From contig NC_043012.1 in the NCBI RefSeq assembly GCF_006345805.1, forward strand, positions 46,996,001 to 47,060,000: a DNA stretch of 64,000 bases, written 5' to 3'. This document shows positions 14,027 through 27,662 of this stretch, in pieces; positions within the stretch are counted from its first letter, which is position 1; every line of letters starts with the position of its first letter. The notes below the pieces were generated by a model. The model did no database searches and was not told the origin of the DNA. It saw only the letters and a list, made by a program, of their open reading frames with translations. The position numbers and the translations under genes were made by a program. This DNA comes from Octopus sinensis. Taxonomy: Eukaryota.

Positions 14027-14144
14027 TACATACATACATGCATACATACATAAATAAATACATACATGCATACACACACACTCACACACAGACACATATA
14101 TATATATATAGATTGATGGGTAGATAGATGGATATATATTCTTT

Positions 14145-14514
14145 TTTACTCTTTTACTTATTTCAGTCATTTGAGCACCGCCTTTAGTCGAGCAAATCGA
14201 CCCCGAGACTTATTATTTGTAAGCCCAGTACTTATTCTATCGGTCTCTTTTGCCGAACCGCTAAGTGACGGAGACTAACACACCCAGCATCGGTTGTCAG
14301 CAATGCTAGAGGACAGACCCAGCACACAACAACACACATACATATATATATACATTATCAGGCTTCTTTCAGTTTCCGTCTACCAAATCCTCTCACAAGG
14401 CATTGGTCGGCCCGGGGCTATAGCAGAAGACACTTGCCAAGATGCCACGCAGTGGGACTGATCCGGAACCGTGTGGTTGGTTAGCAAGCTACTTACCACA
14501 CAGCCACTCCTGCG

Positions 14515-14518
<4 letters not shown>
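14145..14518 (-). mobile_element. Long bipartite SINE of the second family
   Basis: Reverse complement of the head and 3' module seen at 10400-10925 and 12793-13180. Confidence 0.8.
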
Positions 14519-14560
<42 letters not shown>

Positions 14561-15091
14561 ATTATACTATTTGTATGTATGCATTATAATGTATGTATGT
14601 ATGCATGTTATATATATATATATATATATATATATTTAATAAAGGAAGGAAAATGCACACAATTTACATAGTTTTAATATCTTTTAAAATATATTTTAGA
14701 AGTGAAAGAGTATTGTGTTCGTCGACGGTTTCGCTTTCGCTAATCTTGACATTGAAATTATTATAATTTCATAATCTCTTAAGAAGATTTTAGCCCATAT
14801 TCTTGTACGGAAGTTTGTGAATGAATCAACAAGTAGAAAAATCTAAGGAGAGGTAGTTGGTGGTAATTGCTCGTCATTTTGCGGGAGGGGTAATAAGTAA
14901 ATTTACAAAAACTGAAAAGCTAAAGCAGTGAGATGAAATATGTAACAAGATGGGTATGTGATCATGAATTAAAATGTTTAGTGCGACAAAAGTTAGTCAT
15001 GAGCTCATATTATGGCGTGTTCTGCTGTAATTTTCAATAAAATGTTCTCTATTTGAACGTTCGTGTGTAGGAATTGGTACTGGCACTGGTA

Positions 15092-15171
<80 letters not shown>

Positions 15172-15176
15172 ATATG

Positions 15177-15303
<127 letters not shown>

Positions 15304-15616
15304 GTTTGTTATTACTTTACCACCCACTGAAACTTTTAGGAATAGCAGCCAAAAAGTTTTTTTGCCATTTCTTCTACTATAAGAAAAATCTCCCATACAG
15401 TATTTACTCAAAAATAATTCACGTAGATATGGAGGGAAAAATAACAAAATATCACATGTACAAAGATCATTTGAGAACGTTACGTTTCTGGATTTGTTGA
15501 ATTTGAAATTCAATATTTCCTTCGTCAGCTCAACATTTCTTAATTTGGATTTGAAAGCACTAAAAATCGAACATACCCGTCTGATATGAGTAATCTCAGA
15601 CAAACCATCTTCCTTT

Positions 15617-15649
<33 letters not shown>

Positions 15650-15651
<2 letters not shown>

Positions 15652-15868
15652 AATCCAAACAAGAAAACACCAAAAAAACAAAAAACACAACAACGCGAGG
15701 ACGTGGAACAAATAAGTATTATTGGACGCTCAGGAAAGAGGAAGAAGGAGGGTTTAACTTTTCGAGCGGAGCTCTTCGTCGGAACATAGGAGAAGGAAAG
15801 ATCCAGAGAAGGGAAGACAAAGGAAAAAAATCGCCAACGGTACTCACGAGGTCACATATTGAAAGCAT
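15650..15868 (-). mobile_element. Short non-coding repeat with a hammerhead-like core (Penelope pLTR/retrozyme-like)
   Basis: Near-identical to 48634-48849. Minus strand 15757-15782 reads CCGACGA-A-GAGC-TCC-GCTC-GAAAAG. Confidence 0.55.
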
Positions 15869-15880
15869 TATATATATATA

Positions 15881-15913
<33 letters not shown>

Positions 15914-16180
15914 TACGTAATTATATTCTACTCCCCTGGATGCATCTTTGTTCTTTTCCTGCTCAAGAGAAGTTTGGTAAATTGTGCTGATGTGAACTTA
16001 TAAGGTAGAAACATATGACGCCGTGTATTCACTTTCTATTAAGGCTCTCTCAATCTTGGCCAATTATCCATTACTGCTCATATGGAGCAGTTGTCAAATA
16101 ATCTATTTGCCAATCTATTTGAGGTGGAGATAATTAGAGTAAATACGGAATTTATGTAAATACCTGACTTACACTATACC

Positions 16181-16213
<33 letters not shown>

Positions 16214-17023
16214 ATATAATATAATAGGAGTAAATAATTTCTTTAAAAAAACAACAATTATTTACAGGTAGATTTCGGCATGTAAATATAAGCATTAGCG
16301 GTAGGAATTTCTATAAAGTTCAGTATATATATATATTGTATATAAATAAAAGGCAGGCAACAGGTTGCTTAGCCGCATACCGAAAAAATTAGAAATAGCA
16401 GTCATAGACTGTTTATTTCTATTTTCTACAAGTGGAACTCCACATACGACATATCCCTGTAATTCACATATGCAAAACTGAAGGAATAAATAACGAAAAC
16501 AAAGTCTAACGGACATTTACGAACATGTTTCTAGATTAGAAATATAATGAATATATATTTCATGTTTTTCATCAGCGTAAACCTGCACTAAAATAGATTT
16601 ATCAAATGCTACGTACCTCCACTTCCTGACAAGGTGACGTCAAAATGGTGGAAGGAAGCGAGCATAGGCTAAACCTATATAGACAATTGAATTCGCAAAT
16701 TTTCCCTCCAAAATTTTACCATGCGCATTACAAAAATAGTTGCTTAGAGGTAGAAACTATGGGTTGTCGTAAGGGAGTGAAAATTCCAATTAGTAATATA
16801 ACAAGAGTAAATAATTTCTTTAAAAAAACCAACAATTATTTACTGGTACATTTCGGCATGTAAATATAATCATTAACGGTAGGAACTTCTATAAAGTTCA
16901 GTATATATATATATTGTATGTATGTGGAGTCCCACCTGTAGAAAATAGAAATAAACAGTCTATGACTGCTATTTCTAATTTTTTCGGTATGGGGCTAAGC
17001 AACCTGTTGCCTGCCTTTTATGC

Positions 17024-17054
<31 letters not shown>

Positions 17055-17087
17055 ATATATATAATATATATATATATATTATATATA

Positions 17088-17250
17088 TACAACGGGCTTC
17101 TTTCAGTTTCCGTTTACCAAATCCTCTCACAGTTTTTTGGTCGGCCCAAGGCTACAGTAGAACAGTAGAAGACACATTTCCCAGTGCCACACAGTGGGAT
17201 TGAAGCCGGAAGCATGTGGTTGGGATGCAGGTTTGTTACCACACAGCCGT
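17088..17250 (-). mobile_element. tRNA-derived SINE, second family (5' part)
   Basis: ACGGGCTTCTTTCAGTTTCCGTTTACCAAATCC..GTGCCACACAGTGGGATTGAA, the reverse complement of the SINE head. Confidence 0.75.
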
Positions 17251-19249
17251 CGAATGTAGAATTAAAGTACATGGTGACATGTTTGCATGTTTTGCGATTA
17301 GTGGAGCAAATAGATGGGATGTGGATGATTGCAGCTATACATAAACGCTACGCAAGATTTTTGATTAATCTGTCAAAAATAAAGTGTTAGGAACATTGAT
17401 GAAAGCTGGTTACACACTCACTCTAAAGTATACATATTGTATTCAAAAACCTAAGTGTTTGCAACTCACATTCAATATTTGAACGAATTTAAACAAAGTT
17501 GTAAAAGCAAAAATATTGAAGTTTTTGTTTAGTGTATTTTTTTGTTTACATGTTTGTTTGTTTCATAAAGATAATCAATTCTGCCTCTTAAGCCACTATA
17601 TATTGTCGGCTTGATCATCAGTGCAACAAAGATAACATGGGCGCTCGATATAATTCGGAGATTTTCTAGATGTCATTAACAATTAAAACAATTCTATTTT
17701 TCTTGTTTGACGTTAACAGCTTTGCAAGCTGTTTTCAATTCCGCACAATTAATCTATCGGGACTTTCTATCAAGGCTAGTAATTAACAAAAATAACATGG
17801 CTGTCGGATATAAAAGGAAGTTTAAATTGAATAACGATGCTATTGAAATTGATGTATCAAAAATGATAAAAGCAAGCCTTGAAATATAGATCATTGTTTC
17901 GTTGAAATAGATAAATGGATAATTAGGGCATCGCTTTCTCTATGTCTCATGTTTGCCTCTGAAGCTCTTTCAACTATTCACGTCTCATTCTTGAATAAAT
18001 GGGAAGAAACAGCACAATATATATATATATATATATATTAGGCAACGATAAACAGGAACGAATACAGTTTCCGCTGATGTACAGAAACGAGGTACATGAT
18101 ATCTACACATTTCTTAAATCGATCTTTTTAAATAATCACTGCTGATTGATCTCCGCTGTTACAGGTACTGGAAGAGATGTCACCCAATATGGTCAGAGAA
18201 AGAGAGAATCCTTTAGGAGTTATGATGCGGAAAAATGAGAGAAAAAAACCGATGTGGCTAAGAAAATGGGAGTTACTGAATAAGATCAGCTGTGAAAAGT
18301 TTTGCTTCACGTAACAATTCTTATTTGAAAGAGGCAAAATATTCTCATCGTGAAAAAAGTCTAATATCATCTTGATTTATAAGATAGTTGATAGAAAAAA
18401 AAACAAAACAAAACAAGTATCTATCGACTCGTCTGGATGTTGTTTAACATCTACAAGCTTATTTAAATGGCATAATCGCTAGACTGTCTAAACATCTTCA
18501 ACAACAGTCAAGAAATAAACATTGTACACTATACCGCACATTCACTCTGTAAAACTTAATCTAAAGTGAGTGAATAAGTATGAACTACGTCTTTGCATCG
18601 CTCTCATAAACTAGGAAAAGCTATTTGATAATATTGAGGTGAATAGGTAACTGCTGCACTACATCCCCTGGGGATGCAAAGCATCGAGAAACCATATATA
18701 AATCTGCTTTGGGAAGCGAACTCGGGATGTAAAACCAATACAGCTCTTCTGTCACTATCCGTAATAGTTACACTCAGGAAAGGCATCCAGAAAGAAAAAC
18801 TGTCGTGGGCTAAAGGCTGTTGGTTTTTCTATGATGGTGACAAGTTTAGTTGGTGAATGAAAATATGTTTCTTGGACTGCGTGTAGAAGTAACTGAACAC
18901 CTCTAACAAACATCTAAGACAAGATTTTGTTATCGTTCATAAAGACAAAATCGTGTTCATGCTGATTGGTCGGTTAGTAGAACGATCATGTAAACTATGG
19001 TGGTTTGCTCGTGTTGTCTGACTGCGTATCCAACGATTCGGATGCGAATCACTGCTGCAGGCCATATCTCCAAACACTTCACTCTTTATCTCATAATGGT
19101 CATCAACAATGTTGATTAGAAAGGTAACATCGACAAAATACTAACAAACATTCAAATTGCAACAACCTCGTGCTCATCGTAGAAATTTCAAATTAGTTAA
19201 AGGCAAACATGACAAAGATTCTCGACCAGAATTTAGCCATATATGCAGT

Positions 19250-19870
19250 CATAAACCGAAACAAATGGCCGAATAGGAGAGGGGAGCGATGAAATAGAGA
19301 AGGTAAATATGGAGGACAGATAGAAAATATTCACAGAGATTAGGAGCTGAAATCCTACAGAATAGTTAGCGCAGTGAATAAGTTATTTATATGGAATGAA
19401 AATATACTCAGAGTAAAACTGGACAACTCATGGTTCTACGACATCCAGTTTCTTCAATATTATCATTCTGCCTGAGTTCTTACATGCACGTAAAATTTGA
19501 GATACACCGAAGAAGGAAGAACAGACGCTGGGTGCGACACAAAGGTCCAAAGTATGATGTTCCGGATAAAACTGAGATAATTCGAAAAACTACAGATTGA
19601 AAGCTGTGGATGCGGAATACAGACAACTCAAGTAATGCTAAACTGGAGATGTCACATAGTTTATAGACAAGAGGCAGGCACGGGCCATTTTTCAGTAGTA
19701 ATGTGCAGCGAGGTAATTTCCAGATTACCGATGCTATGAGGAGAAAGGCCTGGGAATACTTTTTCATAATGAGCTTAGGTTGTTCGAGAGTATATAGTAA
19801 TGAAACGTAGAGAGACCCGTAGTTCGGTGCACTAGATTGGAGAAGAGACAAGACAGGACAGCTCTGAAGA
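19250..19870 (+). mobile_element. Highly decayed RTE-like LINE 3' remnant
   Basis: Fragmentary motifs in the expected order: DEI.., LKSYRIV/YLYG, ILRVK, QVMLNWRCHIVYR (cf. QLRW.GHV.RM). Many stops, so the family call is tentative. Confidence 0.35.
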
Positions 19871-20219
19871 GGAGAAGCAATTATCATTGGAGCGATAGAT
19901 ATGAAAGACGTGAAAATGTACTTTGCTGATTGAGTATATGGTATAGAGCCACTTTGTGGGCGATTTAACCTCAGCTAAGTGACATTTCTCTCGATGCAGG
20001 TTAGATCGTTTGTACGGCTCAATATCAACGTCTATAAGCAACCCCTTTGTCGGGTGATTCATGTTCGGAACTTAGTTGAAATTTACAGCATCATGTATAT
20101 ATGAGTATGTGTGTGTGTGTATGTGTATATAATACATACACATATATAAATATACATATATATACATATGCATATACACACACACACACACACATATATG
20201 TGTGTGTGTGTGTGTTTGT

Positions 20220-20500
20220 GGAGCTGCAATGGCCCAGAGGTTAGGGCAGTGGACTTGCGGTTGTAGGATCGCGGTTTCGATTCCCAGACCGGGTCTTGTT
20301 TATTGAGCGAAAACACCTAAAGCTCTTCCAGGCTCCGGCAGGAGGTGGTGGTGAACCCTGCCGTACTCTTTCGCCACAAATTTCTCTCACCCTTTCTTCT
20401 GTTGGCCTGCTCGCTTAGCTAGAGGGGTGGTGTCATTTGAAGGCCAAAACAATACGAAGCGCATTGTGACCAGCGATGATAGCCTGGTCGGTCACGGTGA

Positions 20501-20505
<5 letters not shown>
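20220..20505 (+). mobile_element. tRNA-derived SINE, third family
   Basis: Pol III-like boxes TGGCCCAGAGGTTAGG (A) and GGTTTCGATTCCC (B), followed by a non-tRNA body and an (AT)n/(AG)n tail. Confidence 0.7.
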
Positions 20506-20549
<44 letters not shown>

Positions 20550-21127
20550 GAGAGAGAGAGAGAGAGAGAGATAGATAGCTAGATATAAACACGAATCTGG
20601 AGATTCTCCGTCAATACTTTTAGTATCTCAGCAATCTGCTCATGTAGATCATAGAAAATTATATGAATATGAAGGGAGCTGATTATATTTGGTGGGCCAC
20701 AAAATAAGTTCCATGGTTACCCCTGTTTAGATACTCTTCATGAATATTTCTTGAAGTCGAATTTTGTCGAATACTAACCTTCTGAAGAATTATCAAATTA
20801 TATGACGCAGTGTTTGTAATCATATATTTTAGAGGGGACACAAGATATCTTGCAAAGAATCTAAGCCATATTTGTGGCTTTGAAATCATTTGACGTTTTC
20901 ATAAATCAGGAAACTAGTTATTATATATGTACAGTGACTACGAATGTTTGTTGAATATCATCTCAAACCTCATGAATCACACACGAAGAAGATTAGATAA
21001 TCAAATAGGTCACCAAATAAGTAAAATATAACGATAAAACTTGTAGATTAAGATTAAAGTTTAACTTTTTAGAAATGAAACCCCACTTGTAACAGTAAAA
21101 CTGATACATACATGCATAGGTATATAT

Positions 21128-21185
<58 letters not shown>

Positions 21186-21331
21186 GTATATATATATAAT
21201 ATATATATGCATATATATATATGTATATGTATATATCTATATATATCTATACATATATATACACACATATATGCATATATACATATACATACATATGTCT
21301 ATTTTCCTATCTCTCTCTCTCTCTCTCTCTG

Positions 21332-21364
<33 letters not shown>

Positions 21365-22180
21365 TATATATACATATATAAATTAGATTCAAATGAATAT
21401 GGTACTTACGTTCATGCACCAGAATTTAGTATGGCATTGTCCGCATAATTTCAAAATAGAGTGATTAACATTAAAATAAGCAACAAGGATATCCAGAGGT
21501 AATGCAGTACGATCGTTTCATGCTACTCCATTTAATTGAACAATGCAATCATTTTATTACATTAATTTAAAATATAGAGCAATCTTCAACTGCCAAAGAC
21601 ATAGAATTTAATTAAATTAGGACACATTAGGATAACTTTATCCCGAATTCTCCAAGAGGATAAGGAGCTAGAGATGTTTTACCAACAACATCATAGTTGT
21701 AACTGATTCTTTTTCAAAAAGACACTGCCTGTCACTGATTCTTCTGTTATTTACTTTTAATTGCGGGGGAGGGGTCAGTTTTAATTTATAGACTAGTTTA
21801 TCAAATCCTTTGTATATTTAAGGCTGAGAGAAGACAGAGGGTTGTATCTGTTTGAGGTAGGGTTGATGGAGTAGACAGACACAACTGTCAGTGAAATATA
21901 TTTGAAATTTGATGATTACAATATGTACGAAAGCGGTAATTTAACTTGAATGGCATTACAAAACATTTCTTTAATGTTGAAATACCATAATAAAAAACGT
22001 GAAAACCAAAGCATATTTTAACTTTATTCAACTGATATATATATATATATACACAGCGTGTATGAAGGTTTAGTTTGCAGGTTATCTAAATGATTAGGTA
22101 CGCTAACTAAGGGCTAAAAGATACGCTAACTAATGTATAAAATTATTAATAATATAATAATGTATATATGTATATATATA

Positions 22181-22313
<133 letters not shown>

Positions 22314-22566
22314 TATATATATATGTATATGTATCGCCATGCTGATTCGCTACCCTCTGCACGCATTTTTTCCTCTCCTTGTTTCTTGCTGTGTTTCTTT
22401 TCTGTGTATCTTTCGAGCATAGGCTCGAAACTTAAAAGACTTGTTTTATTTATATTCCTGAGCGCCATACTAATACAATTGTTTGTTTGTATTCCACCTG
22501 CCTTCGTCTTTTGTTTATTTTCATAAAGCTTCCCGTTATATATATATATATATATATGTATGCATA

Positions 22567-22607
<41 letters not shown>

Positions 22608-22612
22608 GCATA

Positions 22613-22653
<41 letters not shown>

Positions 22654-22722
22654 GTAGGTCCCGGGTTGATTCGGGGTTAACCACAGTAAATAAGGTACTC
22701 AATACATAGCAGAGTAAAATTA

Positions 22723-22848
22723 ATTTATTATATAGAAGGAGCTTCTACAGGACTAGAACTGTTTCATTCAAGAGAAATCTTCAGGAAGCTTCCTGAAGAT
22801 TTCTCTTGAATGAAACAGTTCTAGTCCTGTAGAAGCTCCTTCTATATA

Positions 22849-22854
<6 letters not shown>
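22723..22854. repeat. Perfect 132-bp palindrome (66-bp arms, no spacer)
   Basis: Centre AAG|CTT at 22788/22789; arms checked base by base as exact reverse complements. Confidence 0.95.
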
Positions 22855-22924
<70 letters not shown>

Positions 22925-23964
22925 TGTTTCGGAAGCTGGAACTTTAAGAGGGACGAAGAGGCACAATGAAGTGTCGATTTGAGTGATTTTATGACTAAAT
23001 TCTCGTCTATTATTATAAGAAATATACGATTGTAATCTCGATACGTGTACGCCTGTCGTAAGGAAAATGTACAATGCATGATGCTACTCTGTCTGTGCCA
23101 ATTGACGTAATATTATCGAAAATTGCGTATAATTGCGTATACGACAGCATAGAAGTAATTCAGCCATCAAATCATTAATGTTCGCTGGAAGTTAATAAAA
23201 CATCATTGTAGGATTATGGTAAAAGCTGATATGTGAACAAATTTAAACGTTTACCTACAGACGCATAAATATTTCCAGATTTACGATATCTAAATATACA
23301 GGTAAATGAATTAGTGAAAGGCAAAGTCAACTCCAGCGGAATTTAAACTCAGAACGTAAAGTGTGTCGAAATGCTGCTAAAAACTTTCTCCGTTATGCTA
23401 ACGATTCTGCCATCTAGGATCATTACCCCATTTAGTAACTCAAAAGAAGGCAATAAGGATCCAGATATCTTAAACATATTGTAGCATTAGCTATGCGCTT
23501 TGTCTAAAATTTTAAACGTGCTATATAATCAGATACATTCATAGACATACATACTTCCACTTACAAACGCACGCAGCCATGTTACAAATCTACTTCAGTC
23601 TTTTACATTTCATGTAGAAATAAACATAATCACACGTAGAAAAGATGAATAAATACAGAAACATCAATGTGAATCTTCTCTGATTAATGATAAGTACAGG
23701 ATTATTTCGCAAAATGAATTCTTATAATCCAAGTTTTAATACACTGATCATAGCACATATATCAACACCGTTTTAATTTTCTCAAATTTAGCTCTTTCTA
23801 CGCTCACTTTAACTGAGAGTTTACATAAATATTTAAAAAAACAGCAACACATTAAATAAGGTAATGAAACTAACCATTTCATAAATACAAAATGTACTAC
23901 TTCAAAAACCAGGTCCTTTGATTCAAAAGATAATCAAACAATAGATAAAATGCAAATACACATG

Positions 23965-24051
<87 letters not shown>

Positions 24052-24063
24052 GCAATGGCAATG

Positions 24064-24105
<42 letters not shown>

Positions 24106-24117
24106 GCAATGGCAATG

Positions 24118-24197
<80 letters not shown>
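23965..24197 (+). repeat. (ATA)n microsatellite with two GGCAATGGCAATG interruptions
   Basis: Directly visible; explains the poly-I, poly-L and poly-Y ORFs. Confidence 0.95.
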
Positions 24198-25225
24198 TCA
24201 AAATACATTGAAACAAAATATGGAAGCTATTATGCTTTTTGTATCAGACAATTTTGAACAAAGAACGTTATTTTTCTCAACTTATAAATAAATTTAAATA
24301 AGTGGAATAATCAAGATGTGTTTTGAAATGAGAAAATAAGACAATAGGAAAATAATAACTGTAAGCCTAAAGCTGTTGGCTCACACTATGTAATTAAATA
24401 AGAGAAAGCTTACAATTTTAACAATATTCATTTAAAACAGAAACAGCAATAATGGAAATAAGCAGAAGAAATTGTAATGAAAACAATAACGGTAAGAATA
24501 ACATAAATAATAACAGCGTATAACAACTACACAAACAAGAAATGCACGGAAAACAACGAAGTCAAAATCAAGAACAACATCATTATATATTACCTTGAAA
24601 TTTAATTATACAGGAAGATGACGTTGTTCATCATCAATATCATCACGCTATCACAGAAACACATCTCAATATCCAAAGCATCAACACAGCTACCATCATC
24701 ATCAACTTCTACATAATTCTCCCACTTCGTCTCATAATGACTATAATGATGATGATCATCATTACTCTCGTCATCATTACAGAGATTATAACTTAATTTT
24801 CATTTCCTTAATTGTTTTCTGATAAGATGTGCGTGTGCTCTACAGTACACAGCTTATAGTGTAAAAGCCCTAGTTTATATCAATGTGTTTCTGACATATA
24901 TTTATCTTGACTGAGCTGAAATAAATTGGAGAGATAGGCTTAATGTCTTGTCCAGAACAACTGACAAGATAAACCAACAAAGATAAACATTGCAGAGATA
25001 TTCTGCGTACAATTATTCTCATGACCGCTATGTACGACGTCCTCTCCATTATCATGGTGTGTTTTGCGTTGGGTGTAATTATATGAGGCTGTTGTAGTAC
25101 GTTAAATTTATCTATACAGTGATTAATAAAGGAGCATTACGCATACACACACAAAAACATACATACATGTATATATATCTACATACATACATTCATACAT
25201 GCACAGACACAAACACACATACACG

Positions 25226-25260
<35 letters not shown>

Positions 25261-26546
25261 GTATATATATCCGATTACATTGGATACATAAAAGATCAAG
25301 GCATAACAATGTGTAGCACACTCGTTGGATAGAGAGAATTACGATGAACAAACGTAAAGTAATGCATCATCCAAGGATGGAATGTAGTATGAATGAAGTA
25401 GATTCCCTATACAGTGTTACTTTAGCGTGTGGTCTATAACCTAAAGAGCAATTACATTATAGTTTACTCATCAATTTCTAAAAGCGCTTAACTGTTGCCT
25501 AAATATTTTTTTTACAATAAATATTTGGCATTGTAAATGTATTGTTTCAAAATCGTTATTTATCTTATTTTAATAATAATAAAACCATGTTTCATTTTTG
25601 TCTTAGTGAAGAATAATAAGGGAGCAAGAATAAGATACATAATAATTAGAATAATCGCGTAGAGCACACACGTTAGGTAGCCGCGAGATTTCCAACGTAA
25701 GAAACTAAAAAGTAACCTAAATTAACAGCCTCAGAGTCGTAAATCGTACGCCAAAATAGCTCCCGTTGTTGTTTGATAATACGGAACTCCACTTGCATTC
25801 CAGATTATCAACGAAGAGCGCAGCGTGAAATAATATAAAAGACAAACGAATAAGTTTTTAAATATTGCTACAATTTTCCATTTGCATGTTTCATTTTCAC
25901 GTATGTATAAAACATTTATTTAGAGTATCTACATAATGACGAAAGCCCCGATTCATCTGGTAATTCTGTGAAATAAGTGAACCGCTGTCTGTTGCGTAAT
26001 CCGAATGAATCACCAACAAGCGAAATTTCAAACAGAATACCGATATTTATGTTTAGCATTTAAGTTGCAAAACAAAAATTATTGTATACAGAAAAATTAT
26101 GATTTGGACTTCGTTTAAGATACAGCATAAGATGAAATGCCTCTGCTTAATGAGTTAATGATATGGCAAATATGTATATAATAGAATATTATCTACTGTT
26201 TTTATATCACCTTATTATAATATACCTATCATCAATTTAGGTTGCTCTTAACATGAATATAAAAGCAATATTACTAGAACCCTGTTGCTGATAAGACTAT
26301 TAGTAAAGTGTGTAACAGTCTCAACACAACAGCCTAGATTACATCCCGCGTGACCCCTCAAATATACTGTGTCCTGGTAAATGTCCTTTATCCTGTCCAT
26401 TAAATAATGTAGTTACCAGAAATTAAGCTATATATGTAGATGCATAATCAGAAGATGAGCTTAGGTTCTGAAGCTAAGGCTGCTTAGAAGGATTTACTTC
26501 ACTACAATACCAAAGAGCCGAGTTTTCAAAATGCGATGCTCTAAAG

Positions 26547-26620
26547 CAGTGTTTCTCAACCTTTTTTTACCCTTGTATAACCCTTAAAATAAATTACACT
26601 TCTCAAGGAACCTCTGCTCA
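26547..26620 (+). mobile_element. Possible hAT-type non-autonomous transposon terminus
   Basis: Begins CAGTGTTTCTCAACC, a typical hAT/Charlie-like terminus. A GGAACCCTAGGGTCCCG subterminal-like motif lies at ~27743-27760, with an inverted relative at ~43810-43830. No matching opposite TIR found. Confidence 0.3.
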
Positions 26621-26870
26621 AGAGATTGTGGTTCTTCATCACTGACCTCATCCAAATTGACTGAATGTTTCCTCTTGAAAAAACTCCACATTGGGTTATT
26701 AAGAAGTTTTGTAAAATGAAAAAAAAAAGGAATACAAGGTCCCCATAAATTATAGCGATCACTAAATATATCCCCAATGATTGTTATATTTTTGATAGCA
26801 TAATAGGTTAGATGGGATGATGTCTATATTACAATATTACAATAATATGTGCATGTATAATATTCTTTTC

Positions 26871-27662
26871 TACTCTCGGCACAAGGCCCGAAATTTTAGG
26901 GGAGAGGGCCAGTAGGTTAGATTGATCCCAGGACGCAACTAGTACTTAATCCATCGACCCCGAAAGGATGAAAGGCAAGTTGACCTCGGTGGAATTTGAA
27001 CTCAGAACATAAAGACAGACGAAATACATATTTCTTTACTACCCACAAAGGGCTAAACACAGAGAGGACAAACAAAGACATACAAACGGATTAATTCGAT
27101 TATATCGACCCCAGTGCGTAACCGGTACTTATTTAATCGACCCCGAAAGGATGAAAGGCAAAGTCGACCTCGGTGGAATTTGAACTTAGAACGTAGCGAC
27201 AGACGAAATATCACAAAGCATTTCACTCGGCGTGCTTACGTTTCTTATTTCGTTATTGCCCACAAGGGGCTTAACAGAGATGGGACAAACAAGGACAGAC
27301 AAACGGATTAAGTTGATTACATCGACTCCAGTGCGTAACTGGTACTTATTTAATCGACCCCGAAAGGATGAAAGGCAAAGTCAACCTCGGCGGAATTTGA
27401 ACTCAGAACGTAACGGCAAAGAAAATACTTGTTGCTTTACTACCAACAAGGGGCTAAACGCAGAGAGGACAAACAAGGACAGGCAAACGGAATAAGTCGA
27501 TTATATCGACCCCAGTCCGTAACTGGTACTTATTTAATCGACCCCGAAAGGATGAAAGGCAATGTCGACCATGGCGGAATTTGAACTCAGAACGTAGGGG
27601 CAGACGAAATACTGCTAAGCATTTTGCCCGGTGTGCTATCGTTTCTGTCAGCTCGCCGCCTG
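26871..27662 (-). mobile_element. Stack of four CORE-like tRNA-derived SINEs, three with a Tx1-like 3' tail
   Basis: The body ATCGACCCCGAAAGGATGAAAGGCAA..GGAATTTGAAC occurs four times. Tails at ~27031-27095, 27243-27310 and 27430-27495; one complete head at ~27620-27662. Confidence 0.85.

Noticed and set aside
18140-18330. Possible exon after CTGTTACAG (VLEEMSPNMVRER..)
   Set aside because: No recognisable protein, clear donor site or neighbouring exons.
20220-20295. Possible genuine tRNA gene
   Set aside because: The acceptor stem does not pair and the sequence continues into a SINE body and simple-repeat tail.
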